Notes: a model not told the origin generated them from the sequence alone. A DNA stretch of 64,000 nucleotides from Mollicutes bacterium Phil14 (GCA_001940985.1 MSHB01000021.1:148446-212445), one strand, 5' to 3'. Shown: positions 17,644 to 29,004, numbered from the stretch's first letter. Translations and numbers: made by a program.

Positions 17644-19542
17644 ATGAAAATAATTAGAAAGAGAACTTTTATTGTTTTATATGTTTGTATAATTGGATTT
17701 ATAGCTATTTTATTAAGAGTAGGATATGTTCAATTAGTAAAAGGAGAAGTATATATTGAAAGAGCTTTTGATTTATGGACTAGAAATATTCCTGTAAGTG
17801 CTAAAAGAGGAAAGATATATGATCGAAATGGGAAATTAATTGTAGGTAATACGATAGCTCCAACAATCTCTATAATACCAAAACAAGTTAAGAATAAAGA
17901 GTATGTAATTAATACTTTATCAACAATTTTAAAAGTATCGCCAAGTGAAATGAAAAAACATTTTGAAAAAAATGTTTCTGTGGAAATAATTAAACCAGAA
18001 GGCAAAAATATTACTCTTGAAGAGGCAAAAAGAGTTATTGCTGCTGATTTAGACGGTGTATATATTTCTGGAGATGTTATTAGGTATTATCCATATGGTA
18101 ATACTTTAGCTCATGTATTAGGAATAGTAGGAAGTGATAATCAAGGTATTACAGGTTTAGAATATATTTATGATGATTATTTGATGGGAAATTTTGGATC
18201 GCAAAATATTTTTACTGATGCTCATGGCAATAAAATTGGTGATTTAACAGGTGAATATACTACACCAAGTTCAGGGCTAGATTTGTATTTGACAGTTGAT
18301 ATTGATATTCAGATTACTTTAGAGAGATTAATGGATAATGCCTTAGCATATTATGATTCAAAGGAAATTATTGGTTTAGTAATGAAACCAAAAACATCTG
18401 AAGTCTTGGCAATAGCGTCTAGACCTAATTTTGATTTAGTAGATTATCAAAAATATGATGAATCTATATATAATAGAAATTTGCCAATATGGATGTCATT
18501 TGAACCAGGATCAACTTTTAAAATAGTTACATATTCAGCAGGACTTGAAGAGGGGGTATTTAAAACAACTGATCATTTTTACGATCCAGGATATGCAGTT
18601 GTTGATGGAACAAGAATTCGTGATTGGAAGGCTGGTGGACATGGTGAACAAACTTATCTTGAGGTAATTCAAAATTCATGCAACCCAGGCTTTGTATCAA
18701 TTGGATTAAAATTAGGAAAAGAAAAATTGTTTAAATACATAAAGGAATTTGGTTTTGGTAAAAAAACAGGGATAGATTTGCTTGGCGAATCTACTGGAAT
18801 AGTGTTTAATGAAAGCAAAATTGGCAATGTTGAGGTAGCTACAAGTGCTTTTGGTCAAGGAAATTCAGTAACACCAATACAATTAGTTAATGCCGCAAAT
18901 GCTGCAGTTAATGGTGGGAATTTAAATCGTCCTTATATATTAAAAGGATTTGGAATTCCTAATACTTCTACACTAGTTTTTAGAGAAGAAGTTGAGTTAG
19001 TTAGAAGGGTTATTAGTGAAGAGACTAGTGCTATAGTTAGGGATGCTTTAGAAAGAGTTGTAGCTTTAGGAACAGGAAGAGGTGCATATGTTGAAGGATA
19101 TCGAGTAGGTGGAAAGACAGGAACTGCTCAAATATCGCAAAATGGTAGCTATTTGTCTAATCAATATATATTATCATTTTTAGGAATTGCTCCTATGAAT
19201 GATCCACAGATTAGTGCTTATTTTGCTATTAATAGTCCTAAAGCTAGTATTCAATATGGTGGTACAGTTGCCGCACCAATAGTAAAAGAATTAATAGCTG
19301 AGTCCTTAACTATTTTAAATGTTCAAAAACAAAATGGTGGAGTACAGCGTGAAGCTCGTTGGTGGGTTGATAAATTTATATATACAGTTGATGATTATGT
19401 TGGAAAAAATAGAAAAAGTATTGGTTTCCATCCTTATTATAAATTTAAAATTGTTGGTGATGGGGATACTATAATTGCTCAAAGTCCTGAAGCTGGAGAA
19501 AAAATAGTTCAAGATGGATATGTTACTTTATATACAAATTAA
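17644..19542 (+). CDS. class B penicillin-binding protein (SpoVD/PBP2B-like transpeptidase) with C-terminal PASTA domain
   Basis: N-terminal TM, dimerisation and transpeptidase domains (SxxK, SxN and KTG motifs present), PASTA-like C-terminus. Confidence 0.9.
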   Translation: MKIIRKRTFIVLYVCIIGFIAILLRVGYVQLVKGEVYIERAFDLWTRNIPVSAKRGKIYDRNGKLIVGNTIAPTISIIPKQVKNKEYVINTLSTILKVSPSEMKKHFEKNVSVEIIKPEGKNITLEEAKRVIAADLDGVYISGDVIRYYPYGNTLAHVLGIVGSDNQGITGLEYIYDDYLMGNFGSQNIFTDAHGNKIGDLTGEYTTPSSGLDLYLTVDIDIQITLERLMDNALAYYDSKEIIGLVMKPKTSEVLAIASRPNFDLVDYQKYDESIYNRNLPIWMSFEPGSTFKIVTYSAGLEEGVFKTTDHFYDPGYAVVDGTRIRDWKAGGHGEQTYLEVIQNSCNPGFVSIGLKLGKEKLFKYIKEFGFGKKTGIDLLGESTGIVFNESKIGNVEVATSAFGQGNSVTPIQLVNAANAAVNGGNLNRPYILKGFGIPNTSTLVFREEVELVRRVISEETSAIVRDALERVVALGTGRGAYVEGYRVGGKTGTAQISQNGSYLSNQYILSFLGIAPMNDPQISAYFAINSPKASIQYGGTVAAPIVKELIAESLTILNVQKQNGGVQREARWWVDKFIYTVDDYVGKNRKSIGFHPYYKFKIVGDGDTIIAQSPEAGEKIVQDGYVTLYTN

Positions 19543-19567
19543 AAAAGCGCTTGAAGCGCTTTTTAAA
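19543..19567. terminator. Bidirectional terminator between convergent genes
   Basis: AAAAAGCGCTTgaAGCGCTTTTT palindrome flanked by A- and T-runs. Confidence 0.65.
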
Positions 19568-21256
19568 CTAATCTAAAATTTTTTCATTTTTCTTCATATA
19601 GAATGGATCTATGATGTTTTCAGCAATGTTATTACAATGGTCACTAACACGTTCAAGATTAGATAATATGTCAACATAGTGAATATCATATAAAATACTT
19701 TTTGCTTTGTCAATATTAGTAAGTTGAATTTGACGATACTTTCTTTCAAGAGTATCTACATATGCTTCGGTTTTAATAATTTCATGTGCTAATGTTGCAT
19801 CTTGACATTCAAAAGCTTTAATAGAATTAGCAACTTGTGTTACGATGATGTCAAAGAAATTATTCAAATTATCAAAAGTTATTTTATCCATTTCGATTTT
19901 TTGTTCATAGCGGTCATTTAGAAATTCAATTAAGTTAGTAGCATGATCTCCGATACGCTCTAAATCTCTAATTGTATCTATATAAACGGCTTGGAAGATG
20001 CTTTGTCTAGTTGACATTGAGTTAGTATGCAGTTGCATTAAATAATCATGTATTAAATGATTATATGTATCAACTTTGTCTTCAAGAGAAAAGCATTTAT
20101 TAAAGTATTCAATATTATTATCATTTAAATATTCTTTAGCACAGATAATCATTTCTAAGGAATTCTTAGACATATCAATTATTGAGCGCCTAGCACTTTC
20201 TAACGCTAATACTGGAGATTCAACTAATAAATCATAATTAAGTAATTTAGCACTGATATCTGAATGAATATCTTTTTCTGGCAAGAATTTGTTGATGACT
20301 TTGATAAAGTACTTCAAGAATATTAGAACCAAAGAAGTAGTAAATACATTAAATGCCATATGTATTAAAGCAAGCATTAACATATTATTACTTTCACCGA
20401 ATAAGGCACTATTAACTTTAAGTGATAAAGTAGTAATAGGATTAATAAATATTAAAAAGACTATGGCTCCAAAAAGTTTAAATAAAACATTGGAAGCTGC
20501 CGCTTTTTTTGCTTCATAGTTAGATCCAAGGCTTGCAAGAATACCAGTAATAGTAGTACCGATATTTGCACCAAGTATTAACGGAATAGTAGTTGCAAGT
20601 GGTAAAACACCAGCATCATATAGTTTTTGTAAAATTCCAATAAAAGCACTAGAAGATTGAATTATTGCAGTTAGTAATACACCAACTAGGAAACCTAAAA
20701 TTTTAGTTCCAGATAGTGTTGCAATCATGCTTTCAAAGAATGGCATTTCGCCAAATTCTTTTAGACCAGTACCCATTAAGTCTAAACCTAAGAATAGTAA
20801 ACCTAAACCAAGTACTAATCCACCAGTTTCTTTAATTTTTCTTCTTTCGATGAAAGATATAATTAAAGCTCCGATAAAGACAATTGGTAATGAATAATTA
20901 GCTAAATTAATACCAATTATAAAAGCGGTTATTGTAGTACTAATGTTTGCTCCTAATAAAATTGGAACAGCTTGTGTAAATGATAATAAACCCGCGCTCA
21001 TAAGTCCAATAACAATAACACTAGTAGCGCTTGATGATTGTCCTACTAGGGTTATAAATAAACCAACTAACATTCCTCTAAAAGGATTACTAGTTGTTTT
21101 CTGAACAATCATTTTTAGTTTAGGTCCCGCAATATTTTTAAGCGAGGCACTCATTAAATACATTCCATAAAAAAATAATCCTAATCCACCCAACGCAAAG
21201 AATATGATTGTTGATAGTGAATCATTGGCAAGTTCAAAAATTGATAAATTAATCAT
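19568..21256 (-). CDS. Na+/Pi-cotransporter II-related protein with C-terminal PhoU-like domains (YjbB/NptA family)
   Basis: Minus strand; AGGAG RBS before MINLSIF...; duplicated NptA TM repeats then PhoU repeats. ORF-track start 21280 is less likely. Confidence 0.85.
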   Translation of the reverse strand: MINLSIFELANDSLSTIIFFALGGLGLFFYGMYLMSASLKNIAGPKLKMIVQKTTSNPFRGMLVGLFITLVGQSSSATSVIVIGLMSAGLLSFTQAVPILLGANISTTITAFIIGINLANYSLPIVFIGALIISFIERRKIKETGGLVLGLGLLFLGLDLMGTGLKEFGEMPFFESMIATLSGTKILGFLVGVLLTAIIQSSSAFIGILQKLYDAGVLPLATTIPLILGANIGTTITGILASLGSNYEAKKAAASNVLFKLFGAIVFLIFINPITTLSLKVNSALFGESNNMLMLALIHMAFNVFTTSLVLIFLKYFIKVINKFLPEKDIHSDISAKLLNYDLLVESPVLALESARRSIIDMSKNSLEMIICAKEYLNDNNIEYFNKCFSLEDKVDTYNHLIHDYLMQLHTNSMSTRQSIFQAVYIDTIRDLERIGDHATNLIEFLNDRYEQKIEMDKITFDNLNNFFDIIVTQVANSIKAFECQDATLAHEIIKTEAYVDTLERKYRQIQLTNIDKAKSILYDIHYVDILSNLERVSDHCNNIAENIIDPFYMKKNEKILD

Positions 21257-21398
21257 ACTAGCTCCTATAATCATCTTCATTATATATTATAATCAAAGAA
21301 AACGCAAAATAAAAACGTTTTTTTATTTAAAAAAATTCTCATTATTTTTGACCATTTATAAGAAAAGGAATATAATATAAATGAAGAGAAGGTGTTTT

Positions 21399-22187
21399 AT
21401 GAATCAAATACAGATAACAATCTTAGGAATTAGTATCATTTTTATTGCCACAACTTTAGGTTCTACACTAGTATATTTTTTTAAGAAAGACATATCTCCT
21501 AAAACAAATACATTGTTTTTAGGTTTTGCATCAGGAATAATGATTGCTGCCTCTATTTGGTCGCTGCTCATCCCTGCACTTGATGGTGCTAGTGATTATG
21601 GAAAGTTGAAAGTGATGCCAGTAGCAATTGGTTTTATTTTGGGCGGTGTATTTTTAGTATTTCTTGATAAAGTTGTCCCTCATTTTCATAAAGGTACACA
21701 ATTAGAAGAAGGACCTAAAAATCAATTAAAAAAATCAACAAAATTATTTTTAGCTGTTACACTTCACAATATTCCTGAAGGTTTAGCAGTTGGCTTTGCT
21801 TTTGGAGCAGCGAGTATTTTAGGTGATATGGGTTCTTATATTTCTGCTTTAGGGTTAGCTATTGGAATTGCTATTCAAAATTTTCCTGAGGGAGCCGCCG
21901 TAGCTTTACCAATGAGAATTGAAACTAACAGCAATACTAAAGCATTTTTATATGGAACTGGTAGTGGTGTAGTTGAACCAGTAGCTGCAATTATGGGATA
22001 TTTTTTAGCTTCTCAATTAACTCAACTACAACCATGGCTATTAGCTTTTGCGGCTGGAGCAATGATTTTCGTAGTTGCTGAAGATTTAATACCGGATGCT
22101 AAAATGGAAGATAATCCTCATTGGGGTACTTGGGCTTTAATGATTGGTTTTGTTATTATGATGGTGTTAGATGTTGTTTTAGGATAA
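21399..22187 (+). CDS. ZIP-family zinc transporter (ZupT-like)
   Basis: HNIPEGLAVG motif, multi-TM. Confidence 0.8.
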   Translation: MNQIQITILGISIIFIATTLGSTLVYFFKKDISPKTNTLFLGFASGIMIAASIWSLLIPALDGASDYGKLKVMPVAIGFILGGVFLVFLDKVVPHFHKGTQLEEGPKNQLKKSTKLFLAVTLHNIPEGLAVGFAFGAASILGDMGSYISALGLAIGIAIQNFPEGAAVALPMRIETNSNTKAFLYGTGSGVVEPVAAIMGYFLASQLTQLQPWLLAFAAGAMIFVVAEDLIPDAKMEDNPHWGTWALMIGFVIMMVLDVVLG

Positions 22188-22268
22188 AAAAAGTTGCATT
22201 TTATTTGACAAAAAATATTATTATTAATATAATTTAAAATGTAAAATATGATGTATCTGGAGGAAAAT

Positions 22269-22652
22269 ATGGAAGAAAAAAAATTTTTTGTTTGTAAACA
22301 TTGTGGTAATATCATTACACATGTAAAAGATTCTGGTGTTAGAGTTATGTGCTGTGGAGAAAAAATGGAAGAAATAGTACCTAATACAACTGATGCTTCA
22401 AAAGAAAAACATGTGCCTGAAGTTTTAAAAGAAAATGGAAAAATTACTGTTACTGTTGGCAGTACTCTACATCCAATGACTGAAGCTCACTTGATTGAAT
22501 GGATACTATTAGTAACAAAAGAAGGATGCCAAAGAAAAACATTAAATGCTAATTGCGCACCTGTTGCTGAATTTTATATAAGTGATAATGATGATGTTGT
22601 TTGTGTATATGCTTATTGCAATTTACATGGACTTTGGAGAAAAAAATTTTAA
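22269..22652 (+). CDS. dfx: desulfoferrodoxin (superoxide reductase, 2Fe-SOR type)
   Basis: GGAGG RBS; N-terminal desulforedoxin CxxC...CC motif plus C-terminal neelaredoxin-like domain. Confidence 0.8.
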   Translation: MEEKKFFVCKHCGNIITHVKDSGVRVMCCGEKMEEIVPNTTDASKEKHVPEVLKENGKITVTVGSTLHPMTEAHLIEWILLVTKEGCQRKTLNANCAPVAEFYISDNDDVVCVYAYCNLHGLWRKKF

Positions 22653-22666
22653 TAGACAAAACTAAC

Positions 22667-22700
22667 ATAGCAAGTGATTGCTATGTTTTTTATTTGCAGT
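22667..22700 (+). terminator. Terminator after dfx
   Basis: AACATAGCAAgtgaTTGCTATGTT + TTTTTTATTT. Confidence 0.55.
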
Positions 22701-22752
22701 TATTGGTTATTAAATGTTTTTTCACTTAATATAATATAACGAGGTTAAAAAA

Positions 22753-24186
22753 ATGAAAATAAGTAGGTTATATCCAAATGTTAGTTTAAATTGCAATCAT
22801 CATATAGGGGCTTTATGTAGTAATTCAAAAAATGTTAAGAAGAATGATGTGTTTTATGCTATTCAAGGTGAAAATAGTGATGGTAATGAGTATATTGAAG
22901 AGGCAATATATAATGGAGCAAAAACTATAATTTATAATGGTAATATTAATAGTGGTTGCTATCACAAAAATATCAATTATATTAAAGCAGTTAATGTTAG
23001 AAAACAACTAGCAAATGATGCTAAAAGATTTTTTCATGATATTAGTAAAAATATAAAATTGATTGGGGTTACAGGAACAAACGGAAAGACTACCACAACA
23101 TCTCTTTTTTATAAATATTTAAGAACATTAAAAAAAGGAGTAACATTGATTGGTAGTAATGGTGCATATATAAACGACGAATATTATGAAACTAATAATA
23201 CTACTCCATCTATATTAGAAATCTATACAATCTTTAAAAAAACTAGAAGGCAAAAAATAAAATATGTTATTATGGAGGTTAGTTCTCATGCCATAAAACT
23301 ACTTAGAGTATGGGGATTAAATTTTCATACAGTTTTGTTAACAAACGTTACTAGTGATCATTTAGATTTTCATAAAACTTATGATGATTATTTATATACT
23401 AAAGGGTTATTTTTAACTGGTTGTCATAAATATGCAATAATTAATACGGAAACTAATGATTTTGATTTTTTATATCGTATTGCTAATGGAAAGATTATTA
23501 CTTTTGGTAAAAATAGTCCAGATTTTAAAATGGATGATATTGTTATTGGAAATAATTATACTAAATTTAAAGTAAAGATTAATAATAAAGAATATGTGGT
23601 TGAGACAAAAATGTTAGCCGAATTCAATGTTTATAATATAACTGGTTTCTTAGCGATTTTGAAGACACAAAATTTATTTGATAATAGGGTGTTTTCATTT
23701 TTGAAAGGAGATATTGTGGTTGATGGACGTATGGAAATCATTGAAAAAGATGGTAAAAACATTTATGTTGACTTTGCTCATACTCCAGATGGTGTTTTAA
23801 AAGTTTTATCATATATAAATAGTGTTAAGAGTAATAACTTAATAACAGTTTTAGGTTGCGGTGGGAATAGAGATAAGGAAAAAAGACCAATAATGGGAAG
23901 AATTGCTACAGACCTTAGTGATTATGTAATTTTCACTATGGATAGTCCAAGAGGGGAAAGACCACTTGACATAATTAATGAAATGAAAGCAGGGTGTAAA
24001 ACCAATAATTATTCAATTATTGAAAACCGTGGGGAAGCTATTAGAGTAGCATTAGATATAGCTAAGACTAATGATAGTATAGCAATATTAGGAAAAGGAA
24101 ATGAAAATTATATTATTTTAGATGGTAAAAAAATTGAGTTTAATGATCGAAAAGCAGTAGAAAAATATCTTAATATTAATTCATAA
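22753..24186 (+). CDS. murE: UDP-N-acetylmuramoyl-L-alanyl-D-glutamate--2,6-diaminopimelate (or L-lysine) ligase
   Basis: Mur ligase motifs GVTGTNGKTTT and DNRD-like; upstream of mraY. Confidence 0.85.
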   Translation: MKISRLYPNVSLNCNHHIGALCSNSKNVKKNDVFYAIQGENSDGNEYIEEAIYNGAKTIIYNGNINSGCYHKNINYIKAVNVRKQLANDAKRFFHDISKNIKLIGVTGTNGKTTTTSLFYKYLRTLKKGVTLIGSNGAYINDEYYETNNTTPSILEIYTIFKKTRRQKIKYVIMEVSSHAIKLLRVWGLNFHTVLLTNVTSDHLDFHKTYDDYLYTKGLFLTGCHKYAIINTETNDFDFLYRIANGKIITFGKNSPDFKMDDIVIGNNYTKFKVKINNKEYVVETKMLAEFNVYNITGFLAILKTQNLFDNRVFSFLKGDIVVDGRMEIIEKDGKNIYVDFAHTPDGVLKVLSYINSVKSNNLITVLGCGGNRDKEKRPIMGRIATDLSDYVIFTMDSPRGERPLDIINEMKAGCKTNNYSIIENRGEAIRVALDIAKTNDSIAILGKGNENYIILDGKKIEFNDRKAVEKYLNINS

Positions 24187-24205
24187 CGTGAAAGGAATGT
24201 TATAA

Positions 24206-25174
24206 GTGAATAATTATTTTTATGTCTATATAACTAGTTTTTTAATTAGTATAGTATTGTTAGTTTTTTTTATTCCTTTATTTAGAAAAATAAAGTTTTC
24301 TCAAAGTGTAAGAAAAGAAGGACCAACATCCCACTATACAAAAAGTGGTACCCCAACAATGGGTGGGATATTTATTATTCTTTCAACAATCTTTTCATAT
24401 TTAATTTATTTTACAAAAGATGATTCTTTTAATTTGAATAAATTAATTTTATTATTGTTTCCAATTGTGTCTTTTGGACTGATAGGATTTTTAGATGACG
24501 GACTAATTATTATTAAAAAGAACAACAACGGTATTAAACCTAATACCAAGTTGTTTCTTCAAATTGTTTTTGCTTTTTTATATGCTATTTTATATATTAA
24601 AACAGTCGGAAATACAAATATTAGGATATTTAAGCAAAATTTTGATATCAAGTGGCTATATATATTTTTAGTAGTACTAATGTTAGTATCTAGTTCTAAT
24701 GCTGTAAACTTAAGTGATGGTTTAGATGGATTAGCAAGTGGACTTACTATTATTGTCCTTTTGGGAGTGTTTGTTTTAGGATATTACAAAGATAGTAATG
24801 TAAGCTCCTTTGCCATTAGTTTGGTTGGGGGAATCATTGGCTTTTTGTGTTACAACTTTCACCCTGCCAAACTTTTTATGGGAGATGTAGGTTCTTTAGC
24901 AATCGGTGCAAGTATTGCTAGTATGTTTATTCTATTGAAAATGGAAATATTATTATTGATTTTTGGATTTGTGTTTATTGTTGAGACATTATCTGTAATA
25001 ATTCAAGTTGCTTATTTTAAAAAAACAAAAGGAAAAAGATTGTTTTTAATGACTCCAATTCATCATCATTTTGAATTAAAAGGATTAAAAGAATGGCAAA
25101 TAGATTTAATTTTTTGGATTGTTGCAATAGTTATGGGGACAATAGGTATATATTTAGGATATAAATTTTATTAG
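24206..25174 (+). CDS. mraY: phospho-N-acetylmuramoyl-pentapeptide transferase
   Basis: Multi-TM; MraY motifs (NAVNLSDGLDGLA, HHHFEL); start may be GTG. Confidence 0.9.
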   Translation: MNNYFYVYITSFLISIVLLVFFIPLFRKIKFSQSVRKEGPTSHYTKSGTPTMGGIFIILSTIFSYLIYFTKDDSFNLNKLILLLFPIVSFGLIGFLDDGLIIIKKNNNGIKPNTKLFLQIVFAFLYAILYIKTVGNTNIRIFKQNFDIKWLYIFLVVLMLVSSSNAVNLSDGLDGLASGLTIIVLLGVFVLGYYKDSNVSSFAISLVGGIIGFLCYNFHPAKLFMGDVGSLAIGASIASMFILLKMEILLLIFGFVFIVETLSVIIQVAYFKKTKGKRLFLMTPIHHHFELKGLKEWQIDLIFWIVAIVMGTIGIYLGYKFY

Positions 25175-25182
25175 GAGGCTTT

Positions 25183-26421
25183 ATGATTCTTTTGCTTGGA
25201 TATGGGATAAGTAATAAAAGCATTGCCAAATACTTAGATAAGATTGAAAAAGATTATATAATTTATGATGATTATGCTAATAAAACATATGTGTCTATGG
25301 ATAAAATAGATTTGGTTATTAAAAGTGGTAGTTTTAAAAATGAACATCCATTAATTTTAGAAGCAATTTCAAAAGGAATTGAAGTTGTTAGTGACCTAGA
25401 ATATTATTATAGATGCAGTAACAAAAATAAAGAATTAATAGTTGTTACTGGTAGTAATGGAAAAAGCACGACAGTTAGTCTTATAAAAAACATATTAGGA
25501 AAATCTGTAGACCTAGGTGGAAATATTGGCTATCCATTGTTTGATTTTATTAATAGTCGTAAAGATATGATAATAGAAGCATCAAGTTATATGAATGAAT
25601 ATTTATCTAAATTTAAAGCTAAATATTATGTTATAACAAACCTATATAGCAATCACCTTGAACATCATGATACTTATAATAAATACATAAAAGCAAAACT
25701 TAATCTTCTTAAAAATATTGAACACAATGATTTTTTAATTTACAATTATGATAATGAGTTATTAAAAGAACTGGTGAGAAATTATGATTGTTACAAAATA
25801 CCATTTTCAGCGAATAAAACTGGTAATGGAGTATTTATAGATAAAAATTATATATACTTTAATCAACATAAAATTATTTCTTTAAAAGAAATATCTTTAT
25901 TAGGAAACCATAACTTAGAAAATGTTTTGGCAAGCATTGCTGTAACTTATTGTTATGGCACTATTCCTAGTATGATAAAGTTAGGTATTTCTACCTTTAA
26001 TGGCATAGAACATCGCTTAGAGAGATTCATGGTAAGAAATAATATTGAAGTCTATAATGATTCAAAGGCAACGAATTTTATGGCTTTGAAAAGTGCCTTG
26101 AATTCTTTTGATAAGAAACGAATTTTGCTTGTTTGCGGTGGCGAGAAAAAAGAAGATGATTATAATATTATCAATGATTCATTAAAAAATGTAAAAGAAG
26201 TTATTGTAAATGGTCAAAATAGAGAAGAACTTTTAAAGTATTTTTCTAATAAAGATGTTATTGTAAAAAGTTATCCTAATTTAAAAGAATTATTATGTGA
26301 AAAAGATAAGCTTTTTAGTGAAAATATTGACGTGATATTGTTTTCACCAGGTTCGCCTAGTTTTGACCAATTTGAAAATTTTGAAGATAGAGGAAGATTT
26401 TTTAAAGAAAACATGTTATAA
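25183..26421 (+). CDS. murD: UDP-N-acetylmuramoylalanine--D-glutamate ligase
   Basis: Mur ligase P-loop GSNGKSTT; compact 412 aa. Confidence 0.85.
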   Translation: MILLLGYGISNKSIAKYLDKIEKDYIIYDDYANKTYVSMDKIDLVIKSGSFKNEHPLILEAISKGIEVVSDLEYYYRCSNKNKELIVVTGSNGKSTTVSLIKNILGKSVDLGGNIGYPLFDFINSRKDMIIEASSYMNEYLSKFKAKYYVITNLYSNHLEHHDTYNKYIKAKLNLLKNIEHNDFLIYNYDNELLKELVRNYDCYKIPFSANKTGNGVFIDKNYIYFNQHKIISLKEISLLGNHNLENVLASIAVTYCYGTIPSMIKLGISTFNGIEHRLERFMVRNNIEVYNDSKATNFMALKSALNSFDKKRILLVCGGEKKEDDYNIINDSLKNVKEVIVNGQNREELLKYFSNKDVIVKSYPNLKELLCEKDKLFSENIDVILFSPGSPSFDQFENFEDRGRFFKENML

Positions 26422-26437
26422 TATTTGTGGTGATTAT

Positions 26438-26998
26438 ATGAATATAGTTTATGGTGGCTCTTTTAATCCGCCAACAGTAGCTCACTACGAAATTGCAAAA
26501 AATGTTTTAAAGAGATTCCCTAAATCAAAATTAATCTTTTTACCAGCATCTCTTTATTATAATAAAGCTAATTTGATAAATGAAGTAGATAGGATAAATA
26601 TGCTTATGCTTGTGTGTGAAAGGCTTGGTGAAAGAGCATCAATAAGCACATTTGAATTAGAAAATGATAAATTTTTAGGAACATATTATTCTTTAAAACA
26701 ATTTGATGATTGCTATTTTTTATTGGGTGCTGATAATTTTAATTATATTGATAAATGGATTATGTTTGAAAAATTAATTAGCGAAAATAAGTTTTTAATC
26801 ATACCGAGAAAAGGTTGTAACATTGAAAAAAAGATCTCTGAAAATGAGTTATTAACTAAATATCGTGATAATTTTATACTTCTTGATGAGTTTAAAGTAA
26901 ATAATATTTCAAGTAGTTTGTATCGCAGTACTAAAGAAGAAAAATTTGTTTTACCTGAAATTGATAAATATATAAAAGAAAAAGAACTATATAAGTAA
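26438..26998 (+). CDS. nadD: nicotinate-nucleotide adenylyltransferase
   Basis: GGTG RBS; GGSFNPPTVAH (HxGH-type) motif; ORF-track start 26363 overlapping murD is rejected. Confidence 0.85.
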   Translation: MNIVYGGSFNPPTVAHYEIAKNVLKRFPKSKLIFLPASLYYNKANLINEVDRINMLMLVCERLGERASISTFELENDKFLGTYYSLKQFDDCYFLLGADNFNYIDKWIMFEKLISENKFLIIPRKGCNIEKKISENELLTKYRDNFILLDEFKVNNISSSLYRSTKEEKFVLPEIDKYIKEKELYK

Positions 26999-27014
26999 AA
27001 GCAAGGAGGAAAAA

Positions 27015-28904
27015 ATGTATTCACATGGTTTTTTGAAAGTGGCTGCAGCTAGTCCGGTTGCTAGAGTTGGAGATCCACTTTTTAATGTAAAGGAAATGTT
27101 AAAAGTGTTAAATACAATTGAAGAAAAAAAACCATCAATAATTTGTTTTCCAGAAATGGGAATACCTGGGTATTCAATTGGTGATTTGATATTTCAAAAA
27201 TATTTATATGAAGATTCTTTAGAAGCTATAAATTATTTTTTAAAAAACAATAATTATGATGGAGTTGTGATATTTGGTTCTTATATTATCATAAATGATG
27301 CTATTTATAATTGTTGTTTCGTTAGCCAAAAAAATAAAATTTTAGGAATAGTTCCTAAGAATTTTTTACCACATACTAATGAATTTTATGAGTCGCGTTG
27401 GTTTGCATCAGGAAGCATGATCAGTAAAGAAGTAAAAAGTGTTAATTTGTTTGGAGAAACTATTCCATTCGGAAAGATTATTTTTGAAAATAGACTTTAT
27501 GATGTTACTTTTGGTGCGGAAATTTGTGCTGACATGTGGGCACCTATGTCTCCAAGTGAAACTTTATTTTCAAATGGAGCTTTAATGGTTTTTAATCCTA
27601 GTGCTTCTCCAATATGCATTGGAAAAAGTGATTATCGTCGAATGCTAACAAAAACTATGAGTTTTAAGTTTAATGGAGCATATATATATGCTTCTAATAA
27701 TGCTAGTGAGTCAACTAGTGAAGTTGTTTTTAGTGGTCATAAAATAATTGCTGAGGCTGGATCTATTATTTCGGAAGATGAAAAGATATCTTTAGATAGT
27801 AGTGTTATTTATGGTGATATTGATATTGATAAATTGCATTATTTAAGAAGAAATAATAGTTATTACAAAAGTTCTCAGGACATGACTAGAGATATTGACA
27901 TTTTAAAGGTTTCTTTTGATCTTACTTATCTTAATGATGAATTTCATTTTGAAAAAGAATTGGACAAGTTTCCATTTGTTCCCAAGGTTAAGAGAGAATT
28001 TGAAGAAATTATAAATATTCAGATAGCATCAGTTATAAAAAGATTAGAGTATATCGGTATTAAAAAAGTTGTGTTAGGAGTTAGTGGTGGCCTAGATTCT
28101 ACCTTAGCATTACTTTCACTTTGCTATGCGTTTGATAAATATGGTTATGATAGAAAAAATATTCTAGGTTTTACTATGCCATCCTTTGCCACAAGCGCAA
28201 ACACTTTAAATAATAGTTTGGAGTTAATGAAAAAACTTAATATAACTTATAAAGAAATACCTATTCATGATATGGTTTCTTCTCAACTTGATGTAATTGG
28301 ACAAAATAGAGAAAATAAAGATACAACTTACGAAAATGTTCAAGCAAGGTATAGAACTTTAACATTAATGAATATTGCTAATAAGGAAAAAGCTATAGTT
28401 ATAGGAACTGGTGATATGAGTGAAATAGCCTTAGGATGGTCAACTTTTAATGGTGATCATATGGCAATGTATGCGATTAATGCTGGACTTCCTAAAACAG
28501 TGGTAAAAGAAGTAGTTAATTATTATTGTGATGTATACCCTGAGGTAAGTAGTGTTATAAAGAGGATTTTAGAAACTCCAATTACACCAGAACTAGCAAG
28601 TAGTAGTCAATCTACTGAAGATATAATTGGTAAATATGAAATAAATGATTTTATTTTATATCACTTTTTAGTAAATGGAGATACTAGTGATAGAATTGAG
28701 TATTTATTGCAAAGAGTTATGAATTTGGATAATGATGTGGCGAAAGAATATGTTTATAATTTTAATAAACGTTTTTATAGTCAACAATACAAGAGATTAA
28801 CAGCTCCAGAAAGTGTAAAAATACTAGATATTTCTTTATCACCTAGAACAGAAATTAGATTGAATGGTGATATATATTATAGTCGCGAAAAGAAAAATAG
28901 ATAA
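27015..28904 (+). CDS. nadE: glutamine-dependent NAD+ synthetase (N-terminal CN-hydrolase domain + NadE domain)
   Basis: 629 aa; C-N hydrolase domain followed by PP-loop SGGLDS. Confidence 0.9.
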   Translation: MYSHGFLKVAAASPVARVGDPLFNVKEMLKVLNTIEEKKPSIICFPEMGIPGYSIGDLIFQKYLYEDSLEAINYFLKNNNYDGVVIFGSYIIINDAIYNCCFVSQKNKILGIVPKNFLPHTNEFYESRWFASGSMISKEVKSVNLFGETIPFGKIIFENRLYDVTFGAEICADMWAPMSPSETLFSNGALMVFNPSASPICIGKSDYRRMLTKTMSFKFNGAYIYASNNASESTSEVVFSGHKIIAEAGSIISEDEKISLDSSVIYGDIDIDKLHYLRRNNSYYKSSQDMTRDIDILKVSFDLTYLNDEFHFEKELDKFPFVPKVKREFEEIINIQIASVIKRLEYIGIKKVVLGVSGGLDSTLALLSLCYAFDKYGYDRKNILGFTMPSFATSANTLNNSLELMKKLNITYKEIPIHDMVSSQLDVIGQNRENKDTTYENVQARYRTLTLMNIANKEKAIVIGTGDMSEIALGWSTFNGDHMAMYAINAGLPKTVVKEVVNYYCDVYPEVSSVIKRILETPITPELASSSQSTEDIIGKYEINDFILYHFLVNGDTSDRIEYLLQRVMNLDNDVAKEYVYNFNKRFYSQQYKRLTAPESVKILDISLSPRTEIRLNGDIYYSREKKNR

Positions 28905-28970
28905 TGTTATGTATTAAAGTTATATTGTTAGTTAGTAATATTCTATAGTATCTCTTCTATAAAAAGTTGT

Positions 28971-28999
28971 TGACAATTTGCCTTTAAACGTGTTAAAAT
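28971..28999 (+). promoter_or_regulatory. Candidate promoter TTGACA-17-TTAAAAT for the valS leader
   Basis: -35 TTGACA at 28971-28976. Confidence 0.5.
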
Positions 29000-29004
29000 T
29001 ATTT